Source: an uncultured Poribacteria bacterium (GTDB lineage Bacteria > Poribacteria > WGA-4E > WGA-3G). From it: 64,000 nt of DNA. Positions 8,145 to 19,330 of this stretch are shown piece by piece. Below the pieces are notes generated by a model, which was given only the letters and a program-made list of their open reading frames with translations, was not told the DNA's origin and searched no databases. The position numbers were made by a program, and so were the translations under genes. The stretch lies in assembly GCA_958296135.2 (NCBI GenBank), contig CATQHZ020000001.1, forward strand, positions 4,224,001-4,288,000, in the 5' to 3' direction. How positions within the stretch are numbered: position 1 is the first letter of the stretch; each line of letters opens with the position of its first letter.

Positions 8145-10751
8145 ATGGAAAATCATGGATATGCCCCCGCGGAAATCGAACCGCACTGGCAGGCAGTGTG
8201 GCGCGAACGCGAGGCATTCAAAGTGCCAAACGACATTCACATACTGAAACAGAAGCCCAAATTTTACGTGCTAGGCATGTTCCCTTATGCTTCCGGCGAA
8301 GGACTGCACATGGGGCACCCTAAAAACTATGTCCCCACCGATGTCTTCGCCAATTTCCGGCGCATGCAGGGGTATCACGTCATGCACCCGATGGGATGGG
8401 ATGCCTTCGGGCTGCCCACCGAACGAACCGCCGTGCGTGAAGATATACACCCCGCACACATCACTCAACGGAACACCGATACGTTCCGACAGCAAATACA
8501 ACGACTCGGCTTCTCATACGACTGGGCACGGGAAATCGATACCTCCGCGCCTGACTATTATAAATGGACGCAGTGGATGTTCCTCCGCCTTTACGAAAAA
8601 GGGTTGGCATACCTCGCTGATGTCCCTGTCAATTGGTGCCCCGCCCTCGGCACCGTCCTTTCTAACGAGGAAGTCAAAGACGGAAAATACGTCGACACCG
8701 GTGACCCGGTGGAACGCCGACTCATGCGCCAGTGGATGCTTAAAATCACCGCCTATGCCGAACGGCTCCTCGAAGCACTCGAAGCACTCGACTGGCCCGA
8801 TGGCCTCAAGGAAATGCAACGCCACTGGATCGGCAAGTCCGAGGGCGCGGATGTTCAATTTCGTGTTGTAGGAGAGACCTCGGGGCCCGACACTGATAAA
8901 ACCTTCACCGTCTTCACGACGCGGCCCGATACGCTCTTCGGTGCAACCTATTGCGTGCTGGCACCAGAGCATCCACTCGTCCCCGAAATCACATCGCCGG
9001 AACAGGAAGCCGCTGTCACCGCCTATGTCCAGGAAGCAGTCAACAAATCCGACTTGCAACGCACAGACCTGGCGACAGAGAAAACCGGCGTTTTCACGGG
9101 GGCTTATGCCATCAACCCGGCGAACGATGAACCTATCCCCATCTGGGTGGCGGACTATGTGCTGCTTACCTACGGCACGGGGGCCATCATGGCAGTGCCC
9201 GGCCATGACGAACGCGACCACGAGTTCGCCACAACGTTCGGTATACCCATCGTTGAGGTGATTCAGCCGCTCGAAGATGAAACGTCTCCCGGAGACGCGG
9301 TTTCCAAACGCGCGCCCTCGGCGGACTTACCCTTCGTCGGCGACGGCACCTGCGTCAACAGCGGTTTCCTCAACGGACTGCGCGTCGCTGATGCTAAGGA
9401 GAAGATGATTGCATGGCTAGAAAGGGACAAGAAAGGCGCGCGGCAAGTCCAATATCGCCTACGGGATTGGCTCTTCTCCCGGCAACGTTATTGGGGCGAA
9501 CCGTTTCCGCTGGCACACTGTGAAGATGGCAGCATCGTCCCACTATCCGATGAAGAACTGCCAGTCGAACTGCCGCCTGTCGATGCCTATAAACCGACAG
9601 CAGATGGCGAACCACCCCTCGCGCGCGCCGCAGACGAGTGGCTGAATATAACGCTCCCAGATGGACGGAAAGCGCGCAGGGAAACCAATATTATGCCGCA
9701 ATGGGCCGGTTCCTGCTGGTATTATCTCCGCTATCTGGACGCGCACAACACGGAGACACCGTGCGACAGCGAATTGGAACGCTACTGGATGCCGGTAGAT
9801 CTCTACATGGGCGGCACCGAACACGCCGTTCTACACCTACTTTACGCACGGTTTTGGCACAAAGTGCTTTACGACTGCGGACTCGTCTCAACGGAGGAAC
9901 CGTTCCAAGGCCTGGTAAATCAAGGGCTAATTCTCGCTGAATCTTATCAAGACGAGGCCGGCAAATACTACTACCCGCACCAAGTTGAGGAGAACGACGG
10001 CACGTTCATCGCGAAAGCCACCGGGACACCGCTCCTCGCGCAAATGGAGAAAATGTCCAAGTCAAAGTTAAACGGCATCAACCCCAACGATGTCATCGAT
10101 ACCTATGGCGCGGATGCCATCCGGCTCTACCTCCTGTTCATCGGACCGGTCACGGCGAGCACGCCGTGGCAAACCGCGGGGGTAGAAGGTGTCCATCGGT
10201 TCCTCCAGCGCATCTGGCGGCTCATCGTCAACGAAGAAAACGGCGAACTCAGCACGCGGCTCACCGATGCACCCGGCGAAAGCAACCCCGAACTCTGGCG
10301 CACACTGCACCAGACTATCAAGCAAGTCACCGAGGATACCGAGTCCATTGACAAGATGAACACCGCCGTGAGCGCGATGATGGTCTTCGTTAATAATGCA
10401 ACTCAAGCGGCGACACTCCCGAAGGAGACGCTCAAAGTCTTCCTGCGGCTCCTCGCGCCGTACGCGCCGCACATCGCGCAGGAATTGTGGCACCGCCTCG
10501 GCGAAGCGGAGCTCCTCGCGCATCAAACCTGGCCGAGACACGACGAACAGGTCCTCGCAGCGGCCACCGTGACGATTGTCGCACAAGTGAACGGCAAACT
10601 CCGCAACCGGCTCCAACTGCCTGTGGATGCTACCGACAAAGAGGTCCAAGAAGCCGCCCTCGCTGACGAACGCGTCCAGCGGTTTGTCGCAGGCAAGCCG
10701 ATCCGGAAGACCATCGTTGTGCGGAATCGGCTCATCAACATCGTCGTGTAG
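8145..10751 (+). CDS. leuS: Leucine--tRNA ligase
   Basis: MFPYASGEGLHMGH (HIGH), GWDAFGLP, FTTRPDT editing domain, FSRQRYWG, KMSKS. Confidence 0.97.
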   Translation: MENHGYAPAEIEPHWQAVWREREAFKVPNDIHILKQKPKFYVLGMFPYASGEGLHMGHPKNYVPTDVFANFRRMQGYHVMHPMGWDAFGLPTERTAVREDIHPAHITQRNTDTFRQQIQRLGFSYDWAREIDTSAPDYYKWTQWMFLRLYEKGLAYLADVPVNWCPALGTVLSNEEVKDGKYVDTGDPVERRLMRQWMLKITAYAERLLEALEALDWPDGLKEMQRHWIGKSEGADVQFRVVGETSGPDTDKTFTVFTTRPDTLFGATYCVLAPEHPLVPEITSPEQEAAVTAYVQEAVNKSDLQRTDLATEKTGVFTGAYAINPANDEPIPIWVADYVLLTYGTGAIMAVPGHDERDHEFATTFGIPIVEVIQPLEDETSPGDAVSKRAPSADLPFVGDGTCVNSGFLNGLRVADAKEKMIAWLERDKKGARQVQYRLRDWLFSRQRYWGEPFPLAHCEDGSIVPLSDEELPVELPPVDAYKPTADGEPPLARAADEWLNITLPDGRKARRETNIMPQWAGSCWYYLRYLDAHNTETPCDSELERYWMPVDLYMGGTEHAVLHLLYARFWHKVLYDCGLVSTEEPFQGLVNQGLILAESYQDEAGKYYYPHQVEENDGTFIAKATGTPLLAQMEKMSKSKLNGINPNDVIDTYGADAIRLYLLFIGPVTASTPWQTAGVEGVHRFLQRIWRLIVNEENGELSTRLTDAPGESNPELWRTLHQTIKQVTEDTESIDKMNTAVSAMMVFVNNATQAATLPKETLKVFLRLLAPYAPHIAQELWHRLGEAELLAHQTWPRHDEQVLAAATVTIVAQVNGKLRNRLQLPVDATDKEVQEAALADERVQRFVAGKPIRKTIVVRNRLINIVV

Positions 10752-10845
10752 GCTCGCAAGAACGTAGGGCGAGGGGCTGCCCTCGCCGTGCCATAGCACC
10801 CCGTAGGCGCGGCTTCAAACCGCGCCTCCGGCAAGGCGAAAATAT

Positions 10846-12603
10846 ATGAATCATAACATCGAAAACGTAGTCATCAACAACATCGATAACGGCACTGGTA
10901 GCGAGGTGTCAAACTACCAAAGAACGGATCTGAACACATTGCGAAATACAGAAATCTCTATCATCCCCTTGGGCGGGCTCGGCGAATTCGGTTTGAACAT
11001 GATGGTGTATGAAACCGACAACGACATCATCGTCATTGATACCGGGTTCATGTTACCAAGTTCCGATATGCCCGGGGTCGATCTGATTTTCCCGGACATC
11101 GGTTACCTCGTGGAACGCCGTGACAAAGTGCGCGGCATCCTCCTCACGCACGGCCACGAAGACCACATCGGCGCGTTAGCCTACGTGTTGCAGCAATTAG
11201 ATGTGCCTGTCTACGGCACGCAATTGACGCTCTCCATCGCCAGCGGCCGCCTGCGAGAATACGGCGTGTTCGGGAAAGCCCAACTGAATAGCATCGCCCC
11301 CGGCGATACGGTAACCCTCGGTGACTTTACCGCCGAGTTCATTCACGTCACGCACAGCATTCCGGACGCAGTCGCCATTGCACTGCGCACGCCCGCGGGG
11401 ATTATCGTCCACACCGGCGATTTCAAATTCGATACGACACCGGTTGATGGGAAGTTAACGGATATCCATACGCTCGCACGCCTCGGGGAGGAAGGCGTTC
11501 AACTGCTTGTTTCCGACAGCACTAACGCCAACTGGCCGGGACACACGGCATCGGAACGGAGCATCTACGACGCGATAGACACCATCTTCCAGAAAACGGA
11601 GCAGAAACTCTTCCTCTGCACCTTCTCTTCAAGCTTGCATCGCATTCAGCAGTTCATCGATTTGGCGGACACACATCGGCGGCTCATCGCTGTCACAGGA
11701 CGTTCGCTCATCAACAATGTCCGCACCGCCTCCGAGCTCGGCTACTTGAAAATTAACCCGGACTATCTGATAGATGCCCGCGATGCCTCGATGTTCAAAC
11801 CGCACGAAGTCGTCATTTTGAGCACCGGCAGCCAAGGCGAACCGCGCTCGGCGATGGCGTTGATGGCCCTCGATAATCACCCCTTTTTGAAGGTGGAACC
11901 CGGCGATACCGTCGTCATCTCCGCACGGATTATCCCCGGTAACGAAAAGTCCATCGGCCATGTCATCAACCACCTGCTCAAGCGCGGCGCGAAGATATTC
12001 CACGAACGGAACGCAAACGTGCATGTATCAGGACACGGGGCTAGCGAAGACCTGAAGTTGATGCTCAACCTGCTGCACCCCAAGTTTTTTATTCCGATGC
12101 ATGGCGAGTATCAGAACCTCGTGCGGCACGCCGAACACGCCGAATCTGTCGGAATCCCACACGAAAACATTAAAATCGCGGAAGACGGAGAACTCATTCG
12201 GTTGACGCGCGATACGTGTGAAGTATTCGGCAGAAAAGGACGCTCAGGACGCGTGCTGGTTGATGGCAAACCTGAAATTGAGTTGGAGGACATCGTCCTC
12301 CGCGACCGGATTACGCTCTCGCAAGATGGCATGGTAATCCCGATTATTGTCCTGCACAGCGACGCAGGCGCGGTTGCCACCGAACCGGAAATCGTATCCC
12401 GCGGCTTTGTCTACATGGACAAATCGGAGGAGTTGATCGATGAGGCGAAACAGATTACGCTGCGCGTCATCCAGAACCTGAGTGACGAACAGAAGGCCGA
12501 AACAGAGACAGTCCAAGACGAAATTCGGGGCGCGCTCCGCCGCTTTTTCGCAAAGCAAATGCAACGGAGCCCCCTTGTGCTCCCCGTTGTCATGCGCGTG
12601 TGA
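10846..12603 (+). CDS. rnj: Ribonuclease J
   Basis: PLGGLGEFGLNM, LTHGHEDHIGA, HTGDFK, TGSQGEP, HVSGH, PMHGE. Confidence 0.95.
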   Translation: MNHNIENVVINNIDNGTGSEVSNYQRTDLNTLRNTEISIIPLGGLGEFGLNMMVYETDNDIIVIDTGFMLPSSDMPGVDLIFPDIGYLVERRDKVRGILLTHGHEDHIGALAYVLQQLDVPVYGTQLTLSIASGRLREYGVFGKAQLNSIAPGDTVTLGDFTAEFIHVTHSIPDAVAIALRTPAGIIVHTGDFKFDTTPVDGKLTDIHTLARLGEEGVQLLVSDSTNANWPGHTASERSIYDAIDTIFQKTEQKLFLCTFSSSLHRIQQFIDLADTHRRLIAVTGRSLINNVRTASELGYLKINPDYLIDARDASMFKPHEVVILSTGSQGEPRSAMALMALDNHPFLKVEPGDTVVISARIIPGNEKSIGHVINHLLKRGAKIFHERNANVHVSGHGASEDLKLMLNLLHPKFFIPMHGEYQNLVRHAEHAESVGIPHENIKIAEDGELIRLTRDTCEVFGRKGRSGRVLVDGKPEIELEDIVLRDRITLSQDGMVIPIIVLHSDAGAVATEPEIVSRGFVYMDKSEELIDEAKQITLRVIQNLSDEQKAETETVQDEIRGALRRFFAKQMQRSPLVLPVVMRV

Positions 12604-12609
12604 TTTACT

Positions 12610-12940
12610 GCCCCGGTAGGCGCGCCCCCTGGTCTCGATGCGTGCATCATTTACCACGCACCCCGTAGCGCGAGGGCCTGTCCCTCGCGATGCGTGCATC
12701 ATTTACCACACGCCCCGTAGCACGAGGGCCGTCACGGTCACGCCTACAGAAAATGTGCGTGTGTCGCCCCGCGTAAACACGGTCACGTCTACAGAAAATG
12801 TGCGTGTGTCGCCCCGCGTAAACACGGTCACGTCTACAGAAAATGTGCGTGTGTCGCCCCGCGTAAACACGCTACCTTACTTACTTTAACTTTGTCATCT
12901 CTGCAGCCTCGCTGCAGAGATGTCCACTGTCCCTCGCGAG
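12610..12940 (+). repeat. REP cluster including cargo-bearing REP with three 45-bp tandem units
   Basis: CACGGTCACG(C/T)CTACAGAAAATGTGCGTGTGTCGCCCCGCGTAAA starts at 12733, 12778 and 12823. Confidence 0.85.
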
Positions 12941-12961
12941 GCTACATCCTGGAAGAAATCT

Positions 12962-14365
12962 ATGCAATTAAAAACAATGTATGAAAAAATATGGGATGCG
13001 CATCTCGTGCGTGCAGACGCAGGCGAGGTGCCAATCCTCTATATTGACACGCACCTCGTGCACGAAGTCACATCACCACAGGCGTTTGAGGGATTGCGGC
13101 TCGCCAACCGAAAAGTGCGCCGCCCGGAACGCACCTTCGCCACGATGGATCACAACGTCCCGACGACAGACAGAACCTTGCCGGTCGCGGACCAGATTGC
13201 CGCCAAGCAGATGGAGACGCTCGCGGAAAACTGCGCCGAGTTTGACATCCCGCTCTACGACATCAATAGTCCCGACCAGGGTATCGTGCATGTCATCGGC
13301 CCGGAACTTGGCATCACGCAACCCGGCAAAACCATTGTGTGCGGGGATAGCCACACCTCAACACACGGCGCGTTAGGCGCGCTCGCCTTCGGTATCGGCA
13401 CCAGCGAAATCGAACACGTGCTTGCAACGCAGTGCCTATTGCAACAGAAATCGGAGACTTTTGAAATTCGCATCGATGGCACACTCCCCTACGGCGTAAC
13501 AGCCAAAGACATCATCCTCGCCATCATCGGACACATCGGGATTGATGGCGGCACCGGCGCAGTGGTTGAGTACACCGGGGAGGCCATCCGGGCACTCAGC
13601 ATCGAAGAACGGATGACGATTTGCAACATGTCCATTGAGGCAGGCGCGCGCGCCGGGATGATAGCCCCCGATGACAGCACCTATGAATACCTTGCAGGGA
13701 AACGCTTCGCACCGAAAGGCGCAGACTTCGATGCCGCCGTGGAACGCTGGAAACAACTCCCTACAGACGAGGCGGCAACTTACGACAAGACTTTGCAACT
13801 TGACGCAGCCGCCATCGCACCGCAGGTGACGTGGGGCACAAACCCAGGGATGGTAACCGATGTGACAGGACGCGTACCAGCTCCTGCAGAGATGTCCACC
13901 GACGACGAGAAGCGCGCTACCGAACATGCACTGGAATACATGGCACTCACCCCCGGCACGCCGATGACAGACATCGCCGTGGACAGAGTATTCATCGGCA
14001 GTTGCACGAATTCTCGCATCAGCGATTTGCGCGCCGCCGCCGAAGTCGCGAAAGGCAGAAAAGTCGCCGATACCGTCAGTGCGATGGTAGTCCCCGGGTC
14101 GCAGGCAGTCAAACGGCAAGCGGAGACGGAGGGCCTTGACGACATCTTCCGCGCAGCAGGTTTTGAATGGCGTGAGGCGGGTTGTAGCATGTGTCTCGGC
14201 ATGAACCCGGATACTCTCACGCCGGGCCAACGCTGTGCCAGCACATCGAATCGGAATTTTGAGGGACGGCAAGGCAAAGGCGGCCGCACGCATCTCGTCA
14301 GTCCACAGATGGCGGCAGCGACAGCCATCGCAGGCCACTTCGTCGACATCCGCACATTCCGGTAG
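12962..14365 (+). CDS. leuC: 3-isopropylmalate dehydratase large subunit
   Basis: [48 protein letters not shown]; start moved from 12920, which lies within a REP. Confidence 0.96.
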   Translation: MQLKTMYEKIWDAHLVRADAGEVPILYIDTHLVHEVTSPQAFEGLRLANRKVRRPERTFATMDHNVPTTDRTLPVADQIAAKQMETLAENCAEFDIPLYDINSPDQGIVHVIGPELGITQPGKTIVCGDSHTSTHGALGALAFGIGTSEIEHVLATQCLLQQKSETFEIRIDGTLPYGVTAKDIILAIIGHIGIDGGTGAVVEYTGEAIRALSIEERMTICNMSIEAGARAGMIAPDDSTYEYLAGKRFAPKGADFDAAVERWKQLPTDEAATYDKTLQLDAAAIAPQVTWGTNPGMVTDVTGRVPAPAEMSTDDEKRATEHALEYMALTPGTPMTDIAVDRVFIGSCTNSRISDLRAAAEVAKGRKVADTVSAMVVPGSQAVKRQAETEGLDDIFRAAGFEWREAGCSMCLGMNPDTLTPGQRCASTSNRNFEGRQGKGGRTHLVSPQMAAATAIAGHFVDIRTFR

Positions 14366-14585
14366 GAGAGCCCTCCCGCGTCTCGATTCTCTCCCGAGTA
14401 GATGCTCGCGGAATTGGCATCTGAAAAACGGTGGGCGCAGCTGTTTGCGGACTCCCAATGAGGAACATCGGCGCGGCGAAACGCAACCCCTGATTCCTTA
14501 ATCGTAGGGCGAGGGAAAACCCGGCGAGCGCGAATCGCCGAGGGTTCCCCTCGCCACGTTTATTTAATAGGAGGATACTAGAAAA

Positions 14586-15170
14586 ATGGAAGCATTCAAA
14601 GAACACGTGGGGCTCGTTGTCCCCCTTGACAGAATCAACGTTGACACCGATCAGATTATCCCGAAGCAATTCCTGAAACGCATCGAGCGGACCGGCTTCG
14701 GCGACTTCCTCTTTTACGACTGGCGGTATCTCGAAAACGGCGAACCGAACCCGGCGTTCGTGCTGAATCATTCGCGCTACCAACGCGCGAGCATCCTCAT
14801 CGCCGGTGTGAACTTCGGCTGCGGCAGTTCGCGCGAGCATGCGCCGTGGGCGTTGCAGCAATACGGATTCAAGGCGATTCTCGCGCCTTCGTTCGCCGAT
14901 ATCTTCCGCAATAACTGCTATAAGAACGGCATTCTGCCGATAACCCTCCCTGCCGAGGTCATCGCGGATTTGAGTGATGCGGCGCAAGTTACGGAGAGTT
15001 ACCGTTTGATGGTAGACTTGGAGGCGCAATCGGTTATCTGTCCCGATGGCACCGCGCACCCGTTTGAGATAGGCACTTTTGAGAAGCACTGCCTCCTCAA
15101 CGGGCTTGATGAAATCGGCTGGACGCTCCAGTTTGAGGCAGATATCGCCGCATTTGAAGCGGCAGAATAA
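14586..15170 (+). CDS. leuD: 3-isopropylmalate dehydratase small subunit
   Basis: [26 protein letters not shown]; RBS AGGAGG. Confidence 0.96.
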   Translation: MEAFKEHVGLVVPLDRINVDTDQIIPKQFLKRIERTGFGDFLFYDWRYLENGEPNPAFVLNHSRYQRASILIAGVNFGCGSSREHAPWALQQYGFKAILAPSFADIFRNNCYKNGILPITLPAEVIADLSDAAQVTESYRLMVDLEAQSVICPDGTAHPFEIGTFEKHCLLNGLDEIGWTLQFEADIAAFEAAE

Positions 15171-15400
15171 ATAAAAACGGGCAATGTTCCGGGAGGTCCC
15201 GCCTACCGAAATCAGATGCATCTGGTATGACTTCAAACCGACAAACCCGTCGTTTTCCAAGCCATCAGTGCGCCCCGGTAGGCGCGTCCTCCCGCGTCTC
15301 GATTTTTGTCGGCTCTCCCCGGTAGGAGGGACCTCCCGGTCCCGATGCCGAGAAAACGGCGTTCTCGTCAAAAACAGAATGCCTCTGACAAATCCGCGCA

Positions 15401-15430
15401 TTGACATTTATTATACTTTAGAGTATAATA
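15401..15430 (+). promoter_or_regulatory. Consensus sigma70 promoter overlapped by a palindromic operator
   Basis: TTGACA(15401)-N17-TATAAT(15424); inverted repeat TATTATACT-ttag-AGTATAATA at 15409-15430. Confidence 0.75.
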
Positions 15431-15551
15431 CTTTAGCGTATAATAAAACGGACGCGGAACACCCGGTAGACGCGCTTTCCAAGCCCGCCCGCTAGGAAGA
15501 ACGGAGTGACAAACCGCGCCTACCGGTAGGGCCAGCTATAGAGACAAACCC

Positions 15552-15990
15552 ATGTTCATCAACCGCGAACAAGAATTAACCTCCCTCGACCAAATGTGGC
15601 ACTCGGATGCCGCCGAATTCTTCGTCCTCTACGGCAGAAGACGCGTCGGGAAAACCGAGCTCCTCACCCAATTTTGCAAAGGCAAAAGGAGCATCTATTT
15701 TCTTGCCAGCCAACTGAAAGAACGGGACCAGCTGCGGCAGCTCACCGAAGCCGCACGATACGTCATCGAGGACGCGCTGCTCCACAGCCTCATTTGCGGA
15801 ATGCAAATGGTGGCATGCCCCGGTCGGCGAAAACGTGCTCAACCGTCTCATCGAAAATTCGCAGAAAGTCCCCGGTGCATGGCGGCAGCATCCCCGATAT
15901 CTACTATTTTCCCTCAGCGGTTGGACAGATGCTCTCAAACAGCGAGCGGCGAAAGAGGGAGTCTGCCTCATTGACGCAAACGCTTTATAG
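15552..15990 (+). pseudogene. Archaeal-type ATPase/DUF234 gene with large internal deletion and frameshift
   Basis: Frame 1: FINREQEL..YGRRRVGKT, about 80 aa. From 15793 another frame reads FAECKWW...YLLFSLSGWTDALKQRAAKEGVCLIDANAL*, a DUF234-type C-terminus. Confidence 0.8.
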
Positions 15991-15999
15991 GAACAAAAA

Positions 16000-17361
16000 A
16001 TGCCAAAACTGATTGTCAAAAATTTCATTCATATCCGCGAGGCGGAAATCGACATGGACAAAAAGCTCGTCGTTTTTATCGGTGAACAGGCGAGCGGCAA
16101 AAGCACCCTTGCGCGGCTGCTCTACTTTTTCCGCCACGTCACCTACGCCCTCCGCAAATGGGTCTGGATGGTGAATTGGGAAGGCGAGCAGCGGCTCAGT
16201 TCAGCGTTCTATCACCACCTCGCGCAGCAATTCCGCCTCTTTTTTGGCGAACTAACGCGCCTCGGGCCGTTTGAGATGACGTATCACTATACCGAGGAGA
16301 GTTCCGTCACCATCGCTTTAACGGACGATGGGCAACTCAACATCACGCTACCCGCGCCTATGGACGAGATGAACGAACTTTACGGGGAGTATCAAGAAGA
16401 ACTGCGCGACGCGAAGGCGAAGTCTCTCAAGGAGGGCGATGCCCGAGAAACTACGTTTACCCCCGGCGAACGGATGCTCATTGAAATCTTCCTCGGGGCA
16501 GGGATTAGCAGCATCTCCGAACGGCTCTTCGGCACGTATCTCAGCAGCCTCTATATCCCGGCAGACCGGCAGATTGTCTCAAACTATCCCGATGCCTTCA
16601 AACGTGTCTTCTACGGCGGCATCAAAAGGGATATCTTTGAACGCGACATAGAACGCAACCCCGCACCCGCCGCGCAGAGCTACTTACTGTCGCGGCTCCT
16701 GGAGAAAAACGAGGAGTTCTTGCAAACCTTTAACGAGCAAGACTACCATGCCCTCCTTGCCGAACGAACAAGCGATGAGGATGACGATGTTGATGCCGCA
16801 CCGGTAGAATTCCTCATGGAGAAGATGGCGCGCATCCTCAAAGGCACTTACGGACCGGCGGACGACAAAAAATCGATGTTCAATCAGCCTACCGGCGAAG
16901 GCTCGGTGCCGTTACAGGCAGCTTCAGCCGGTGAACAGAACGCGCTCCGCCTCCTCCAAGACATCTTCTTCACCGTGCTATATGATGAAGGCACATTTCG
17001 CGTCATCGAAGAACCGGAGGCAAGCCTCTATCCAACCGCGCAGAAGGAGCTGATCGAGATTATCGCGTTGATGCTGAACACGGCGAAATGCCAAGTGGTG
17101 CTGACAACGCATAGTCCGTATGTGTTGTCCGTGCTTCAAACCCTGCTGCGTGCGAAGCAAGCAATACAAAATCAGCCTACCGCAGCAGACCGGATAGCCG
17201 CACTTGCACCTGAACGCTGTTGGCTCTCTGCGGAAGATATTGCTGTCTATCAGTTGAAAGAGGGCGCGTGTCATTCCTTGATAGATGCCGAGAGCGAAGA
17301 GATTCTCCGCAATCCGCTAGCGGCGTTATTGACAGCATTTTCGCTTGACATTTCGGCGTGA
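16000..17361 (+). CDS. ABC-like AAA_15/AAA_21 family ATPase
   Basis: KLIVKNF, GEQASGKST Walker A, ASAGEQ signature, VIEEPEASLYP Walker B/D-loop, LTTHSPY. Confidence 0.85.
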   Translation: MPKLIVKNFIHIREAEIDMDKKLVVFIGEQASGKSTLARLLYFFRHVTYALRKWVWMVNWEGEQRLSSAFYHHLAQQFRLFFGELTRLGPFEMTYHYTEESSVTIALTDDGQLNITLPAPMDEMNELYGEYQEELRDAKAKSLKEGDARETTFTPGERMLIEIFLGAGISSISERLFGTYLSSLYIPADRQIVSNYPDAFKRVFYGGIKRDIFERDIERNPAPAAQSYLLSRLLEKNEEFLQTFNEQDYHALLAERTSDEDDDVDAAPVEFLMEKMARILKGTYGPADDKKSMFNQPTGEGSVPLQAASAGEQNALRLLQDIFFTVLYDEGTFRVIEEPEASLYPTAQKELIEIIALMLNTAKCQVVLTTHSPYVLSVLQTLLRAKQAIQNQPTAADRIAALAPERCWLSAEDIAVYQLKEGACHSLIDAESEEILRNPLAALLTAFSLDISA

Positions 17362-17373
17362 ATTGGGTATCAT
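17345..17373 (+). promoter_or_regulatory. Putative sigma70 promoter for the lipoprotein cluster
   Basis: TTGACA-N17-TATCAT. Confidence 0.55.
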
Positions 17374-17510
17374 TTTATGCGTAAGGAACAAAGCGATTTT
17401 CGCGGTGGAAGCACATCTGCCTTCGCCGCTAACTTAACAGGATTGACGCAGAACGTCCCCAGTCGGCGCGATTTCAAACCGCGCCTACCGATTAAAAAAG
17501 GAACCGCATT

Positions 17511-18140
17511 ATGAACAAAACCGTTTTCAATTTCATGACTCTCCTCTGCATCGGGGCACTCGTGTGCCTCATGGGTTGCGGAAGTAAGCGCACTTCGCCG
17601 CTTGCACAACAATCACCACCGCCGCCACTGCCCGATCTGCCCGACTGGGTAGATAGCCCACCGCAGGATGACGACGAATTTCTTTACGTTGTCGAATCCG
17701 GCGCATCCCGCGACCTGGGCCGCGCGCAACGAAAAGCGATCCAAAACGCGAGAGCCGCCCTCGCACTGAAAATCGAGGCAGCTGTCACCGTCCTCGTCAA
17801 AAGTTTTGAGGAAGAAGTGGGCGGCGACGCGGCGAGCGCGGAGGCCAATGGGCTCTTCGCCCAAATCTCGAAGACCGTGGCGGATCAGCGGCTCGTCGGC
17901 TCGAGCCCTGCCAAAGTCCATCGGCTTCAGAACGCAGATGGACTTAGCAACACCGTTTACGTCTTGATGGAACTGCCGACCGGCATGCTCGGGGCTCAGG
18001 CTGTTGACACTATCAGCCGGGATAGGGCGTTATACAACCGCTGGCGCGCTTCAGAGGGGTTCAAGGAACTTGAGCACGCTGTCAAGGAAAAACGTGCACA
18101 AGATGGCGAGGAACAACCAGAAACCGGGGCAACGCCGTAA
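17511..18140 (+). CDS. LPP20-like lipoprotein
   Basis: Lipobox LMGC; PDWV..P; A..KAIQNARAALA; VYVLM. Confidence 0.7.
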   Translation: MNKTVFNFMTLLCIGALVCLMGCGSKRTSPLAQQSPPPPLPDLPDWVDSPPQDDDEFLYVVESGASRDLGRAQRKAIQNARAALALKIEAAVTVLVKSFEEEVGGDAASAEANGLFAQISKTVADQRLVGSSPAKVHRLQNADGLSNTVYVLMELPTGMLGAQAVDTISRDRALYNRWRASEGFKELEHAVKEKRAQDGEEQPETGATP

Positions 18141-18192
18141 CTCCTGCTAGGCGCGGGCACCGACCCGCGCCTCTCCGGCCCCAACGATAGCA

Positions 18193-18963
18193 ATGGAGAA
18201 AATGCAACGCCTTTGCCTCCTTTTTATCCTCACGTTTCTGCATGTCGGATGTCAGCAGGCGAAAGTGAAAGCACCTTTTACTGCTACCGTGAAAAGGGCA
18301 AAAATCGCCTATCCGCAGTGGTTTTGGGCACCGCCACCCCGTCTTCCGTTTCCGACCGCGGTGGGTTACTCGGCTGTCTCACACTTCCATCCCGACAAGG
18401 CATTAGAAAATGCAACAGAAGACGGTATTGAGAGGCTAGCGAAATCTATCCATGTTCGCATCCGCGGCGAACGGAGCACTATCAACGGCAAACTGGTGCA
18501 ACAGTTTCAGGAAGAGACTGAGACCCGGGTCAAGGAAAACGTCCGGGAGGCACATGAAATCTTGGCAATCTATCAGGAAGAAGGATTGACGATGGTGCTG
18601 GTAGGAGCAAGCACCCAATCTCGACAACTATCCGCAAGCGTTACCGAGCCCAATGCCACTGTACCCGACTGGATAGGTGAACTTCCTCGGCATCGCGGCT
18701 ATTTCTATGCGCGCGGGCAAAGCGTCCTGAAAAATCGTCCGAAAACGGCGTGGGCGCAGGCAGAATATCAAGCGCGCATCGCGCTCGCCTTGACGGTAAC
18801 CGCCAGCGTCTCGCACCTCGAAAGATCCGCGCGGGGGCAAATTGACAAAGTCACTCGGACGTGCGTAGATTTAACGTTGAGGGGAATCCAGATCGTTGCG
18901 CGGTGGTATGATGCGGCGGAGCGTATCTGCTATGTCCTTGTCCGCGTCCCAATTAACGCATAG
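18193..18963 (+). CDS. Lipoprotein with two LPP20-like domains
   Basis: Lipobox HVGC; PQWF and PDWI..P..GYFYARG; AEYQARIALA; YVLV. Confidence 0.65.
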   Translation: MEKMQRLCLLFILTFLHVGCQQAKVKAPFTATVKRAKIAYPQWFWAPPPRLPFPTAVGYSAVSHFHPDKALENATEDGIERLAKSIHVRIRGERSTINGKLVQQFQEETETRVKENVREAHEILAIYQEEGLTMVLVGASTQSRQLSASVTEPNATVPDWIGELPRHRGYFYARGQSVLKNRPKTAWAQAEYQARIALALTVTASVSHLERSARGQIDKVTRTCVDLTLRGIQIVARWYDAAERICYVLVRVPINA

Positions 18964-18969
18964 CAAACC

Positions 18970-19230
18970 ACCCTTGTCGGCGCGCCCTCTGGTCTCAATG
19001 CTCTTCCGGTAGGAGAGACCTCTGGTCTCGATTTTTCCCTGTCGGCGTGCCCTTTGGTCTCGATTCTTGTAGGCGCGCCCTCCCGGGCCCGATACAACGC
19101 TGCGGGTAGGAGGGACCTCCCGGGCCCGATATCGCACGCATCGAGACCAGGAGGTCTCTCCTACGGGTGGTGTTCGTCTGCACCCGAAGTCCCCGATCAA
19201 AATCGGGAGAACTGGTTTCCCTACGGAGAC
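18970..19230. repeat. REP cluster
   Basis: Several GTAGGAGAGACCTCTGGTCTCGAT / GTAGGCGCGCCCTCCCGGGCCCGAT units, including inverted copies. Confidence 0.75.
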
Positions 19231-19330
19231 AAGACAAATCAACGTCATTTGGTATAAGTCAGCTGCACAGTAGCGCGGAAGCGTCTGCCTATGCGGTGTA
19301 TTAACCACTAGGTCAAAAACGAGAAACTCT

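Noticed and set aside
12920-12961. N-terminal extension of LeuC, or a leucine attenuator
   Set aside because: The upstream ATG lies in a REP element, and no Leu-rich leader peptide or T-box was seen.
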